Below are positions 16,688 through 25,306 of a stretch of DNA of 49,211 nucleotides, piece by piece. Position 1 is the stretch's first letter; each line of letters begins with the position of its first letter. The notes beneath the pieces are model-generated. The model did not search any database, had not been told where the DNA came from, and saw only the letters and a list, made by a program, of their open reading frames with translations. The translations under genes and the position numbers were made by a program. The DNA is from Elusimicrobiota bacterium (GTDB taxonomy: Bacteria > CAYTYR01 > UBA6262), in contig JACRDM010000071.1 of assembly GCA_016218565.1 (NCBI GenBank), positions 1-49,211 on the forward strand. The letters run 5' to 3'.

Positions 16688-17503
16688 ATGACCTTTGCAG
16701 AGCCTGATTTTGATCTGTTAGTGCGGAAAATATTACGGGAGCGCGGGTTTGACTGCCGGCAATACCGGGAAAGCTATTTGAAACGCAGGTTCGGAGTGCG
16801 TCTGCGGGCCTGGAAGATAGCCACCTTCACTGATTATGTCAGTATTTTGGACCAGCATCCGGAAGAATATAATAAGCTCTTTGATGATATCACGATCAAT
16901 GTCACCCAGTTTTTCCGGGATATTACGGCTTACGATACTTTTGATAAAACCGTGCTGCCGCTAGTTTTGGCAGCTAAGAAAAAAACGCAAAGTAATATCA
17001 TCCGGATATGGAGCTGCGGTTGTTCCAGCGGGGAAGAACCATATTCTATCGCGCTTTGTCTGGCTGATCGTCTGGGGACCAAGATCAATAATTACAGTAT
17101 TACCATATTTGGTTCGGATATTGACGATCTTAGCTTAAATCGGGGGCGGGCGGGGATTTATGGCGCCGCGAGCCTGGAGAACGCCCCGGCTGATATAGTA
17201 GCGAAATATTTTGTCCAGGACGGTAACAAATTTGCCATCAAAGATGAGATCAAATCACTGGTAAAATTCATCAAGCATGATTTTATCCGGGAAGAACCGT
17301 TTAAGAACCTGGACCTGGTATTCTGCCGTAACGTAATGATCTATCTCACCCGGGAAATGCAGACCAGGTTGCTAGTTAATTTTTATAAAAGTATAAATGC
17401 TAAAGGCTTTCTGATATTGGGAAAAGTGGAAGGATTAATGAGCGCGAACGAAGGGCTGTTTGAACGGTTTAATATTACGGAGCGTATTTATCAAAAAGGG
17501 TAA
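16688..17503 (+). CDS. cheR: Chemotaxis methyltransferase CheR
   Basis: 271 aa. Has the CheR N-domain and the SAM-binding segment IWSCGCSSGEEPYSIAL...VFCRNVMIYL. Confidence 0.9.
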   Translation: MTFAEPDFDLLVRKILRERGFDCRQYRESYLKRRFGVRLRAWKIATFTDYVSILDQHPEEYNKLFDDITINVTQFFRDITAYDTFDKTVLPLVLAAKKKTQSNIIRIWSCGCSSGEEPYSIALCLADRLGTKINNYSITIFGSDIDDLSLNRGRAGIYGAASLENAPADIVAKYFVQDGNKFAIKDEIKSLVKFIKHDFIREEPFKNLDLVFCRNVMIYLTREMQTRLLVNFYKSINAKGFLILGKVEGLMSANEGLFERFNITERIYQKG

Positions 17504-17509
17504 AAAATA

Positions 17510-17625
17510 AAGACAATTTCAAAAATCAAGTGACAAAATCCAAAGGAATCTTTAGCGCATAATCTTGGAATAAGTAATTTAATGGCCCTTACTGATTTAT
17601 GTGGGTTTTTAATTTTATTTGGAAT
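17510..17625. repeat. Family B-like AT-rich palindromic element (cheR-cheY spacer)
   Basis: The left side caatttcaaaaatcaagtgacaaaatcc is the approximate reverse complement of the right side gtgggtttttaattttatttggaattg. Followed by AAAGGAGG and ATG 17651. Confidence 0.5.
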
Positions 17626-17650
17626 TGTATTAGAAAAGGAGGCGAGAAGT

Positions 17651-18016
17651 ATGGGGACAAAAATCCTGATCGTAGATGACTCAGCTTTTATGCGGATGAC
17701 TCTCAAGAATATCCTCTCCAAAGAGGGCTATGAAATAGCGGGAGAAGCCGAAAACGCAGAACAAGCGGTAGCCAAATACACCGAGACCCAACCCAATCTG
17801 GTAACGATGGATATCATTATGCCGGGTGAGAATGGAATCAAGGCGGTAAAAGAGATCATGAAAGTAAATGCCAGCGCTCAGATAGTGATGGTCAGCGCCA
17901 TGGGGCAGGAAGCTCTGATCGTTGAAGCTATGCAGGCTGGGGCTAAGAATTTTATCATTAAACCTTTTCAGCCGGAAAAAGTGATCGAAGCGGTCCGGAA
18001 AGTGCTTAAACCGTAA
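17651..18016 (+). CDS. cheY: Chemotaxis response regulator CheY
   Basis: Start set at ATG 17651 (MGTKILIVDDSAFMR, SD AAGGAGG). Also VTMDIIMPGENG...VSAMG...IIKPF. Confidence 0.9.
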   Translation: MGTKILIVDDSAFMRMTLKNILSKEGYEIAGEAENAEQAVAKYTETQPNLVTMDIIMPGENGIKAVKEIMKVNASAQIVMVSAMGQEALIVEAMQAGAKNFIIKPFQPEKVIEAVRKVLKP

Positions 18017-18037
18017 CTCCAGAAGGGGGCCTTAGTT

Positions 18038-19087
18038 GTGGACAAGATAAAAGTATTTGTCGTCGATGATTCTAATTTTATGCGTAAGATCATCACCGAT
18101 ATGTTGAATTCTGACCCGCAGATCACGGTAATTGGGACGGCCAGCGATGGCCGGGAGACTGTGGAAAAGGTCAAAGCCTTGGCTCCGGATGTGATTACCC
18201 TGGATATTATCATGCCGGAAATGGATGGGTTGACCGCCTTGGAACAGATCATGAAAATATGCCCGACACCGGTAGTCATGTTCAGTAAAGTGACTCGCGA
18301 TGGAGCTGAAGCGACACTCAAGGCCCTGGAATTTGGAGCAGTTGATTTTGTCACCAAGCCCCAGGATGCGGACCTGGGCAGTATAAAAATGGAGATCGAC
18401 AAAGTCAAAACCGAACTAAGCGATAAGATTAAGATCGCGGCCTGTATTGACCGCAATAAATTGAAAGCGCTTTATCCTCCGACCAGGAGCGGGGAAAAAA
18501 TAACCAATGTAGCCGAACCGACGGAACGCATTATTTGTATCGGTTCCTCCGCGGGCGGGCCGAAAGTATTAATGGAAATAGTGCCGCAGTTACCCTTTGA
18601 TCTGAATAGCGGGGTACTGGTCGCTCAGCATATGCCGTCATTCTTTATCAAGTCGTTTACCGAACGGCTCAGTAATATTTCCAAGATCAGCGTGCGCGAA
18701 GCCAGGATCGGCGATATTGTCACTTCAGCGACGGCTTTCCTGGCTCCTGAAAGTTATACGATCAAAGTGGAAAAGATCAAGAAAGGCAGCGCGATTACTT
18801 TATCAAGTGAACCCTCAGTGCATCGGGTCAAGCCGTGCATTGATTCCATGATGGAGGCCGCGGCGCAGGTATATGGCTCTAACTCCATAGGTGTCCTGCT
18901 CAGCGGTATGGGGCGCGATGGTGTCAAGGGCCTGCAAACGATTAAAGCCGCGGGCGGCAAAACCATTGTGCAGGATGAATCTTCCAGCATCGTCTTTGGC
19001 ATGGCTAAAGCAGCTATTGAAGAGGGTGTAGTTGATAAAGTGGTTTCGGCTAATAAGATCATCGAAGAAATTATTAAATTAATTTAA
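18038..19087 (+). CDS. cheB: Chemotaxis methylesterase/deamidase CheB (receiver + esterase)
   Basis: 349 aa. VFVVDDSNFMRK...LDIIMPEMDG receiver, followed by the esterase segment IGSSAGGPKVL. Confidence 0.9.
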   Translation: MDKIKVFVVDDSNFMRKIITDMLNSDPQITVIGTASDGRETVEKVKALAPDVITLDIIMPEMDGLTALEQIMKICPTPVVMFSKVTRDGAEATLKALEFGAVDFVTKPQDADLGSIKMEIDKVKTELSDKIKIAACIDRNKLKALYPPTRSGEKITNVAEPTERIICIGSSAGGPKVLMEIVPQLPFDLNSGVLVAQHMPSFFIKSFTERLSNISKISVREARIGDIVTSATAFLAPESYTIKVEKIKKGSAITLSSEPSVHRVKPCIDSMMEAAAQVYGSNSIGVLLSGMGRDGVKGLQTIKAAGGKTIVQDESSSIVFGMAKAAIEEGVVDKVVSANKIIEEIIKLI

Positions 19088-19097
19088 GAGGTTATTT

Positions 19098-20720
19098 ATG
19101 ACCGAGGATATGTCGCGCTACAAGGATATGTTTATCAGTGAGGCGACAGAATATCTGCAGAATCTGAATAAGTCCCTGCTGAGCCTGGAAAAAAACCCGG
19201 AAAACCTGGAATTGCTCAATGAAATCTTCCGGTTGGCGCATACCATGAAAGGTATGGCCGCAACTATGGGGTACCAAAAAATTACTACCGTGGCCCACCA
19301 GATGGAAGACGTGCTGGACCGGCTGCGCCAGCAGGAATTGAAAGTAGCACCGGAAATAATAGAGACTCTGTTCAAAGCTTTAGATGTGCTTGAACCGTTA
19401 GTGCGGGAAATAGTCAGCGGCGAAGATAAAAAAGTAGATATTAACGAGATCATTGTCGACTTAAGAATGATCATGGAACAAAAACAACCTGCAGCCGCGT
19501 CGCCAGCTAAAGAAACAGAAGCAGGAACTCCCCCGGACGAAAAAAAAACAGTAAGTAAAGAAGGCGAAAAAAAAAGAGCTCAAAATAGTGTCAGAATTAA
19601 TATCGAACATCTTGACAATCTGATGAATTTAGTCGGTGAATTGGTAATCAATAAAGCTCGGCTGTTCCAAATTGGAGCCAATTATAAATTAGGAGCGCTT
19701 AATGAAAGTTTAACCCAGTTAGAACGTATCACCGGCAGTTTGCAGGAAGAAGTTCTTAAAACCAGAATGATCCCGGTTTCCCATATCTTTGACCGGTATC
19801 CGCGGGTGGTCAGAGACCTGGCGAAGCTTAAAAATAAAGAGATAAATTTTGAAATTGAAGGATCGGATATCGAACTGGACCGGCTGATCGTAGATGAGAT
19901 TAATGATCCGTTGATCCATTTGATCAGAAATTCGGTAGACCATGGCATCGAAACCCCGCAGGAAAGGGTAAAAAATGGGAAAAGCGAAGCTGGTTATGTA
20001 AAACTTTCAGCCCGGCGTGAAAAAGGCTACGTGCGTATCGAATTAACTGATGACGGTAAAGGCATGGATCCGCAGGAGATCGCGGAGAAAGCTATTGAAA
20101 AAGGAATGATGACCAGGGAAAAATTAGTCCTGCTGACAGAGCAGGAAAGGCTCATGCTAATCTGCGAGCCGGGTTTTTCCACTGCGGCGGAGATAAGCGA
20201 TACCAGCGGCCGCGGCGTAGGCATGGATGTGGTCAAGACCAAGGTAGAGGCCTTCAATGGTTCAGTGACCATTGAAACCCAGAAGGGTAAAGGGTCCACC
20301 TTTATTATTAAGTTGCCTTTGACCCTGGCCATTATCCAGTCCCTCATGGTCAAGGTAGCAGAGGAGGTTTATGCTATACCGCTCTCTAATATTACTGAAA
20401 TAAATTCTTTTACTCCTGATTTTATCAGGACCATTGAAAAAAGAGAAGTGATAAAAATCAGGGAGGAAATACTGCCGCTGCTAAGTTTGCGTGAAGTATT
20501 TGATCTGCCGTCGCGGCAATATGGCGAAGAAATATGTGTCGTCACCGTGGAAGTGGGAGAAAAAAGATTGGGGCTCGTGGTTGATTCCATATACAGCCGG
20601 GAAGAAATAGTGATTAAAACATTAGGCGGCATTTTAAAAAGGACAAAGGGTATCAGCGGCGCTACTATCCTGGGCGATGGACGGGTGGTGTTGATCGTGG
20701 ATATTACCGGGATCATGTGA
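19098..20720 (+). CDS. cheA: Chemotaxis histidine kinase CheA, short form (Hpt, low-complexity linker, dimerisation, HATPase, CheW-like); no recognisable P2 domain
   Basis: 540 aa. Hpt FRLAHTMKGMAATMG. Only ~60 low-complexity residues lie before the dimerisation region SVRINIEHLDNLMNLVGELV. DDGKGMD and GRGVGMDVV boxes, and a CheW-like C-terminus. Confidence 0.9.
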   Translation: MTEDMSRYKDMFISEATEYLQNLNKSLLSLEKNPENLELLNEIFRLAHTMKGMAATMGYQKITTVAHQMEDVLDRLRQQELKVAPEIIETLFKALDVLEPLVREIVSGEDKKVDINEIIVDLRMIMEQKQPAAASPAKETEAGTPPDEKKTVSKEGEKKRAQNSVRINIEHLDNLMNLVGELVINKARLFQIGANYKLGALNESLTQLERITGSLQEEVLKTRMIPVSHIFDRYPRVVRDLAKLKNKEINFEIEGSDIELDRLIVDEINDPLIHLIRNSVDHGIETPQERVKNGKSEAGYVKLSARREKGYVRIELTDDGKGMDPQEIAEKAIEKGMMTREKLVLLTEQERLMLICEPGFSTAAEISDTSGRGVGMDVVKTKVEAFNGSVTIETQKGKGSTFIIKLPLTLAIIQSLMVKVAEEVYAIPLSNITEINSFTPDFIRTIEKREVIKIREEILPLLSLREVFDLPSRQYGEEICVVTVEVGEKRLGLVVDSIYSREEIVIKTLGGILKRTKGISGATILGDGRVVLIVDITGIM

Positions 20721-20803
20721 TCAAAGACAGGCACAGAGGCACAAAGTTTTAAAACAAAAGCAGGCACACAGGAAGTACAAGAACAAGGCACAAAGGAAAA
20801 ATA
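20721..20803. repeat. Family A element, partial copy ending in the SD + GTG of the actin-like ATPase gene
   Basis: GGCACAGAG 20730, GGCACAAAG 20738, GGCACACAG 20763, GGCACAAAG 20787. The copy ends ggcacaaaggaaaaataGTG (GTG 20804). Confidence 0.7.
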
Positions 20804-22942
20804 GTGGATAAAATATTCGCTTTAGATATCGGCACCAGAAAAGTAGCTGGGCTGGTGGTAGCTAAGGAAAACAGGGTCATCACTATCCTGGATTGCGAAA
20901 TCCGGGAACATCAGACCCGGGCTATGCTGGCTGGCCAGATCCATGATGTGGACCGGGTGGCGGCTGTTGTACAGGAGATAAAAACAGTCCTGGAGCAGCG
21001 GCAGGGCGAACGCCTGGAGAAGGTAGCGGTAGCAGTAGCTGGACGCACTCTTAAAACTCGGCGCGGCCAGGCTAATAAAACCATCTTTTTTGAAAATGAA
21101 ATTGGCCCGGCTGAAGTGCTGGATCTTGAATTGGCAGCGGTGCAACAGGTATTAAATAATTTGGGCAGCCAGCCGGAACAGGATTTGGCAGAGAGTTTTT
21201 ACTGTGTCGGATATAGTGTGATCAACTACTTCCTGGACCAGGAAAGAATTGATAATTTGAGCGGGCAAAAGGGCCATGAGATAAGCGTGGAAATTATTGC
21301 CACCTTTCTGCCGCGCATTGTTTTAGAGAGCCTATTTACGGTGCTTAAAAAAACAGGTTTAGAAGTATTTTCCCTTACCTTGGAGCCGATTGCGGCAATC
21401 AATGCCATTATTCCGCCTGATCTGCGCCGGCTCAACCTGGCTCTAATAGATATCGGCGCCGGTACCAGCGATATTGCCATTACCACTGGAGGCAGTGTGA
21501 CGGCCTATGGGATGGTCCCGGCAGCAGGAGATGTGATCACTGAAAAATTATGCGATCTGTATCTACTCGATTTTTGCGTTGGAGAAAAAATAAAACGTTC
21601 ACTAGCTACCCAGTCCCAATTGGAATTTATTGATATTTTTGGTAAGTCATGGAGCAGGTCTGCGTTGCAGATCCTGGCTGACTTAACTCCAGCGATTGAG
21701 GAATTAGCTGAAGCCGTTGCGGAGCGAATTCTGGCCTTAAATAAAACTGTTCCCAGCGCTTTGGTATGTGTTGGCGGCGGCAGCCTGACCCCCCTGCTTC
21801 AGGAAAAACTAGCCCGGTCTTTACATCTCTCCCGGGAACGCGTCGGGATCAGAGGTCCGGAATTGATCACCTGGCTCCACAACCCGACCGGCAAATTAAC
21901 TGGCCCGGAGGCCATTACTCCATTAGGTATTGCCAGTATTGCTACGGAGCGGCAGGGGTTGCAGTTCGTCAATATTAATGTTAATGGCAGGCGTATCCAT
22001 TTACTGAATATAAATCAAAAACTCAATGTTTTAAACGCTCTTTTAGCTAGTGGCGTAAGTATGAAAAAAATGCATTCCCATCCCGGATTGTCCAAGACCT
22101 TTGAATTAAACGGCGACCTGCGCATTATTCAGGGTACTCTGGGAAAACCAGCAACAGTGTTATTGAATAATACTCCCGCCAGACTGGAAGATCCGATCAA
22201 TGACCACAGCCAGATTTTATTCGAAGAAGCCTGTGATGGACAGGAGGGACAAGCTAAGATTAGTGATTTTATTGGCTTGCTATCCCGTAAAAAAATAATA
22301 TTGAATGGTGAAGTGGTTTCCGCTGGTCCGGTAGTGTATCTGAATCATGAACCAGTGGGTTTGGATACGGTAATCCCGGATCTGGCTAAGATTGAGATTA
22401 GGGCCGATGTTTCACTGCGGGAAGTATTACGGCAGAAATATGATGTCAGCCAGGCCAATGAACGCAGTATCGTGGTTACGATTGATAATGAACCGCGGAT
22501 CCTTACCCAGCAAAGTTTCCATTTGACTATTAACAGGCAGGAAGCCAGCCTGGAAGCGCCTTTACATGATGGCGATACCATTGAATATATAGCTCATAAT
22601 CCCCGGCATTATCAACTTAAGGAAGTGGTTTCTGCTCCGCTGGTCGGGCGGGGAGTGCGGGTCTATATCAATGGCCAGGAGTATACCATTGAAGGCCAAT
22701 GCGGCAAAATATATATGAATGGCCAGGAAGTGTCGCCTGAGGAATTTATTATCAACGGAGCTGATATCCGGACCGTACCAGGCAAGGACGCTGAGTTGAT
22801 CGTGGTTGATCTGCTGCGGTATATATCTCTGGATGTGGACCGGAATGCCGGTAAAAAATTAAAAATGTTCGTTAATAACCAGGCCGCAAATTTTACCACG
22901 GCTTTGTCTCAGGGAGCAGAAGTCAAGCTCTACTTTGAATAG
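20804..22942 (+). CDS. Actin-like (FtsA/PilM/EutJ-superfamily) ATPase with a ~330-aa repetitive C-terminal extension, embedded in the che cluster
   Basis: 712 aa. The N-terminal ~380 aa carry ASKHA motifs IFALDIGTRKVAGLV, ALIDIGAGTSDIAI and LVCVGGGSLTPLL. The C-terminal half has 4-5 modules of the type (V/I)N(G/N)...DG(D/A)x(I/V), for example INVNGRRI, KIILNGEVV, PLHDGDTIEYI, VYINGQEY...INGADIRTV and QGAEVKLYF. These are reminiscent of ThiS/MoaD-type beta-grasp units. Confidence 0.6.
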   Translation: MDKIFALDIGTRKVAGLVVAKENRVITILDCEIREHQTRAMLAGQIHDVDRVAAVVQEIKTVLEQRQGERLEKVAVAVAGRTLKTRRGQANKTIFFENEIGPAEVLDLELAAVQQVLNNLGSQPEQDLAESFYCVGYSVINYFLDQERIDNLSGQKGHEISVEIIATFLPRIVLESLFTVLKKTGLEVFSLTLEPIAAINAIIPPDLRRLNLALIDIGAGTSDIAITTGGSVTAYGMVPAAGDVITEKLCDLYLLDFCVGEKIKRSLATQSQLEFIDIFGKSWSRSALQILADLTPAIEELAEAVAERILALNKTVPSALVCVGGGSLTPLLQEKLARSLHLSRERVGIRGPELITWLHNPTGKLTGPEAITPLGIASIATERQGLQFVNINVNGRRIHLLNINQKLNVLNALLASGVSMKKMHSHPGLSKTFELNGDLRIIQGTLGKPATVLLNNTPARLEDPINDHSQILFEEACDGQEGQAKISDFIGLLSRKKIILNGEVVSAGPVVYLNHEPVGLDTVIPDLAKIEIRADVSLREVLRQKYDVSQANERSIVVTIDNEPRILTQQSFHLTINRQEASLEAPLHDGDTIEYIAHNPRHYQLKEVVSAPLVGRGVRVYINGQEYTIEGQCGKIYMNGQEVSPEEFIINGADIRTVPGKDAELIVVDLLRYISLDVDRNAGKKLKMFVNNQAANFTTALSQGAEVKLYFE

Positions 22943-22967
22943 ACAGAGGTCTTGATTACAGGTATTA

Positions 22968-23618
22968 ATGAATATTATACCAGGAGAAACAATGGCGGAT
23001 AAAGAATATCTAAAATTAAGCCCCAAGCAGTTAGATGTCTTAAAGGAAATCAGTTCTATCGGCGCTGGTAACGCGGCGACCGCTTTCTCCCAGATGCTAA
23101 ACCGCACTGTGATGATGACGGTCCCTAGTATCCATGTCGTGTCGATCAAAGAGGTACCCAATTACATGGGCGGCCCGGAGACATTAGTAGCTGGAGTATA
23201 TACCCGCCTTTTGGGAGATGTGTTCGGCAGCGTCCTCCTTACCTTTCCCCGGGAAAGCGCCTTTGCCCTGGCCGATATTTTAATGGGCAAAAAAATAGGC
23301 GCCACCAAGATCCTGACCAGTATAGGACGCTCTTTGCTGAAAGAGACCGGGATGATTGTCACTGGTTCGTTCCTGACTGCTTTGTCTAAAATGGTCAACA
23401 CCACTATTATTCCGCGAGTGCCTAACTTGACGCTGGATATGGTGGGAGCTATTATTGATTATATCCTGATTGATCTGAGCCAGGAAGTTGAATTTGCCAT
23501 TGTCATCGAAATACGTTTTGAAGAAAAGCAGACCCAGGTCAGCGGGCATTTTTTTCTATTACCCAATCCCGCGTCATTGAAAATAATATTAAATGCGATT
23601 GGAGTCGAACATGATTGA
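22968..23618 (+). CDS. CheC-family protein with both phosphatase motifs degenerate; start 22968 or ATG 22992
   Basis: 216 aa. LDVLKEISSIGAGNAATAFSQML...VP and SLLKETGMIVTGSFLTALS...VP. The consensus (D/S)xxxExxN has S and M in place of the Asn. Confidence 0.75.
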   Translation: MNIIPGETMADKEYLKLSPKQLDVLKEISSIGAGNAATAFSQMLNRTVMMTVPSIHVVSIKEVPNYMGGPETLVAGVYTRLLGDVFGSVLLTFPRESAFALADILMGKKIGATKILTSIGRSLLKETGMIVTGSFLTALSKMVNTTIIPRVPNLTLDMVGAIIDYILIDLSQEVEFAIVIEIRFEEKQTQVSGHFFLLPNPASLKIILNAIGVEHD

Positions 23619-24225
23619 TCTGATAAATTTAACACTGTTCCAGTTGGATGCCCTCAAAGAGATTGGCAATATCGGCGCGTCCCACGCGGACACGGCCCTT
23701 TCAGAACTGCTCCGCAAAAAAGTTTGGATCAGTGTGCCGGAAGCCAAGGTTGTTCCCTTGGATGAGGTGCCGCAGGAGTTCGGCGGAGCAGAGAAGATGG
23801 TGGTTGGCGTGTACCTGCAAATGCAGGGGCAGATCAGCGGCAACATCCTGTTCTTTTTCAGCCAGGAAACGGCTATGACCCTGGCTGATATCCTGATGAA
23901 GCGGCCGGCTGGCACTACCAAGGTGCTCAATGAAATGGACCAGTCAGCTATTAAAGAAACCGGCACGATCCTGGCTGGCTCCTGTTTGACGGCGCTCTCC
24001 GCGCTGACGAACAAAGAGATCATTCCTTCTATCCCCTACTATGCCATGGATATGCTGGGAGCTTTAGTTGACTTTATTATCATCAACCTGAGCCAGAATG
24101 CCGAATATGCCATGATCATCCAACTGGAATTCAGCGAATCAGAATATAAAATTGATGGAAGTTTCCTGTTATTACCTGACCCGCAATCTTTGGAAGTGAT
24201 CCTTACTTCTTTAGGCGTGGGCTGA
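23611..24225 (+). CDS. cheC: CheC-family phosphatase with one intact motif
   Basis: Start set at ATG 23611 (an 8-nt overlap with the upstream gene). LDALKEIGNIGASHADTALSELLRKKVWISVP fits DxxxExxN-x22-P. The second site SAIKETGT lacks the Asn. Confidence 0.75.
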   Translation: MIDLINLTLFQLDALKEIGNIGASHADTALSELLRKKVWISVPEAKVVPLDEVPQEFGGAEKMVVGVYLQMQGQISGNILFFFSQETAMTLADILMKRPAGTTKVLNEMDQSAIKETGTILAGSCLTALSALTNKEIIPSIPYYAMDMLGALVDFIIINLSQNAEYAMIIQLEFSESEYKIDGSFLLLPDPQSLEVILTSLGVG

Positions 24226-24246
24226 TGTGCGGGAAGGAGAGGAATA

Positions 24247-24732
24247 ATGGACGATCCAATTAAAGTGGGAATTGCCGATCTTAAAGTCAGCGCCGCCCCA
24301 AACAAAATAGTGACGAACGCGCTGGGTTCCTGTGTTGCCATTGTTTTGTATGATGTGGCGCACCGGATAGGCGGACTGGCTCATATTATGCTGCCTACTA
24401 CGGCTTTTTCGAAGATCCGGTCGAATCCGGCTAAATTTGCCGATACAGCAATACCAGAGATGCTCATCATGATGAAGCGGTTGGGAGCTACCAAGGCCAC
24501 TGTTTCAGCTAAAATTATCGGTGGAGCGCAGATGTTTGCCAATGTGCTGGTGGAACCATTAGGGAATATCGGACTGCGTAATGTGCAGGCGGCCAAAGAA
24601 GCGCTGGCTAAGGAAAGTATCAATATCATAGCTGAAGACACTGGCGGCGATTGCGGGAAAAGCGTTGAGATTGACCTGAATAACGGGGGGGTAACGGTCA
24701 GGTCTATCAAATACGGAATAAACAAACTATGA
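24247..24732 (+). CDS. cheD: Chemoreceptor glutamine deamidase CheD
   Basis: 161 aa. GIADLKVSAAPNKIVTNALGSCVAIVLYD...GLAHIMLP is the typical CheD pattern. Confidence 0.85.
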   Translation: MDDPIKVGIADLKVSAAPNKIVTNALGSCVAIVLYDVAHRIGGLAHIMLPTTAFSKIRSNPAKFADTAIPEMLIMMKRLGATKATVSAKIIGGAQMFANVLVEPLGNIGLRNVQAAKEALAKESINIIAEDTGGDCGKSVEIDLNNGGVTVRSIKYGINKL

Positions 24733-24757
24733 GAAAGGCTCGCGGTAGGGGGAGATA

Positions 24758-25141
24758 ATGGATAAACGCGCCAAAATATTAGTTGTTGACGATTCACCTT
24801 TCATATTGGAAATCATCGAGACCATCTTAAAAGACAGCGGATTTGAAGTGATCACTGCTGATGATGGCGAGCGGGCTTATGCCCGGGCCACCACCGAATC
24901 CCCTGACTTGTTAGTGCTGGATTTGATGTTGCCGAAAAAGAATGGTTATGAAGTATGTAAGATGCTGAAAGGCGATGAAAAATACCGCGCCATACCAATT
25001 ATTATATTAACGGCCCGGGTCAATGAAGAAGACGAGGTTAAAGGAAAAGCTGCTGGGGCTGATGTCTATATGGGGAAACCATTTGAGTTAGATGATCTGG
25101 TCTCTAAAGTAAAAGAGTTATTGCAGGCTAAAAACAAATAG
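24758..25141 (+). CDS. Stand-alone response-regulator receiver
   Basis: 127 aa. KILVVDDSPFILE...LLVLDLMLPKKNGYEV...LTAR...MGKPF. Confidence 0.9.
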   Translation: MDKRAKILVVDDSPFILEIIETILKDSGFEVITADDGERAYARATTESPDLLVLDLMLPKKNGYEVCKMLKGDEKYRAIPIIILTARVNEEDEVKGKAAGADVYMGKPFELDDLVSKVKELLQAKNK

Positions 25142-25191
25142 TTCGTGCCAATCTCCTAAATAGATCATCAGAAATAGCCTTATTTATTAAT

Positions 25192-25290
25192 CCAAATATC
25201 AAAAATAAGATATCAAAATGACAATGTAAAATTAAAAGTTAATTTTAGATTTTTGATATGTGATTTTGATTTTTGGATTTTGATTTTTGG
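25192..25290. repeat. Family B AT-rich palindromic element, copy 2
   Basis: aaatatcaaaaataag (left) pairs with agatttttgatatg (right). The right arm tgattttgatttttggattttgatttttgg is the reverse complement of the left arm of copy 1. Shares the 17-mer at 25210-25226. Confidence 0.75.
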
Positions 25291-25306
25291 TACAGGGAAG
25301 AATAAA

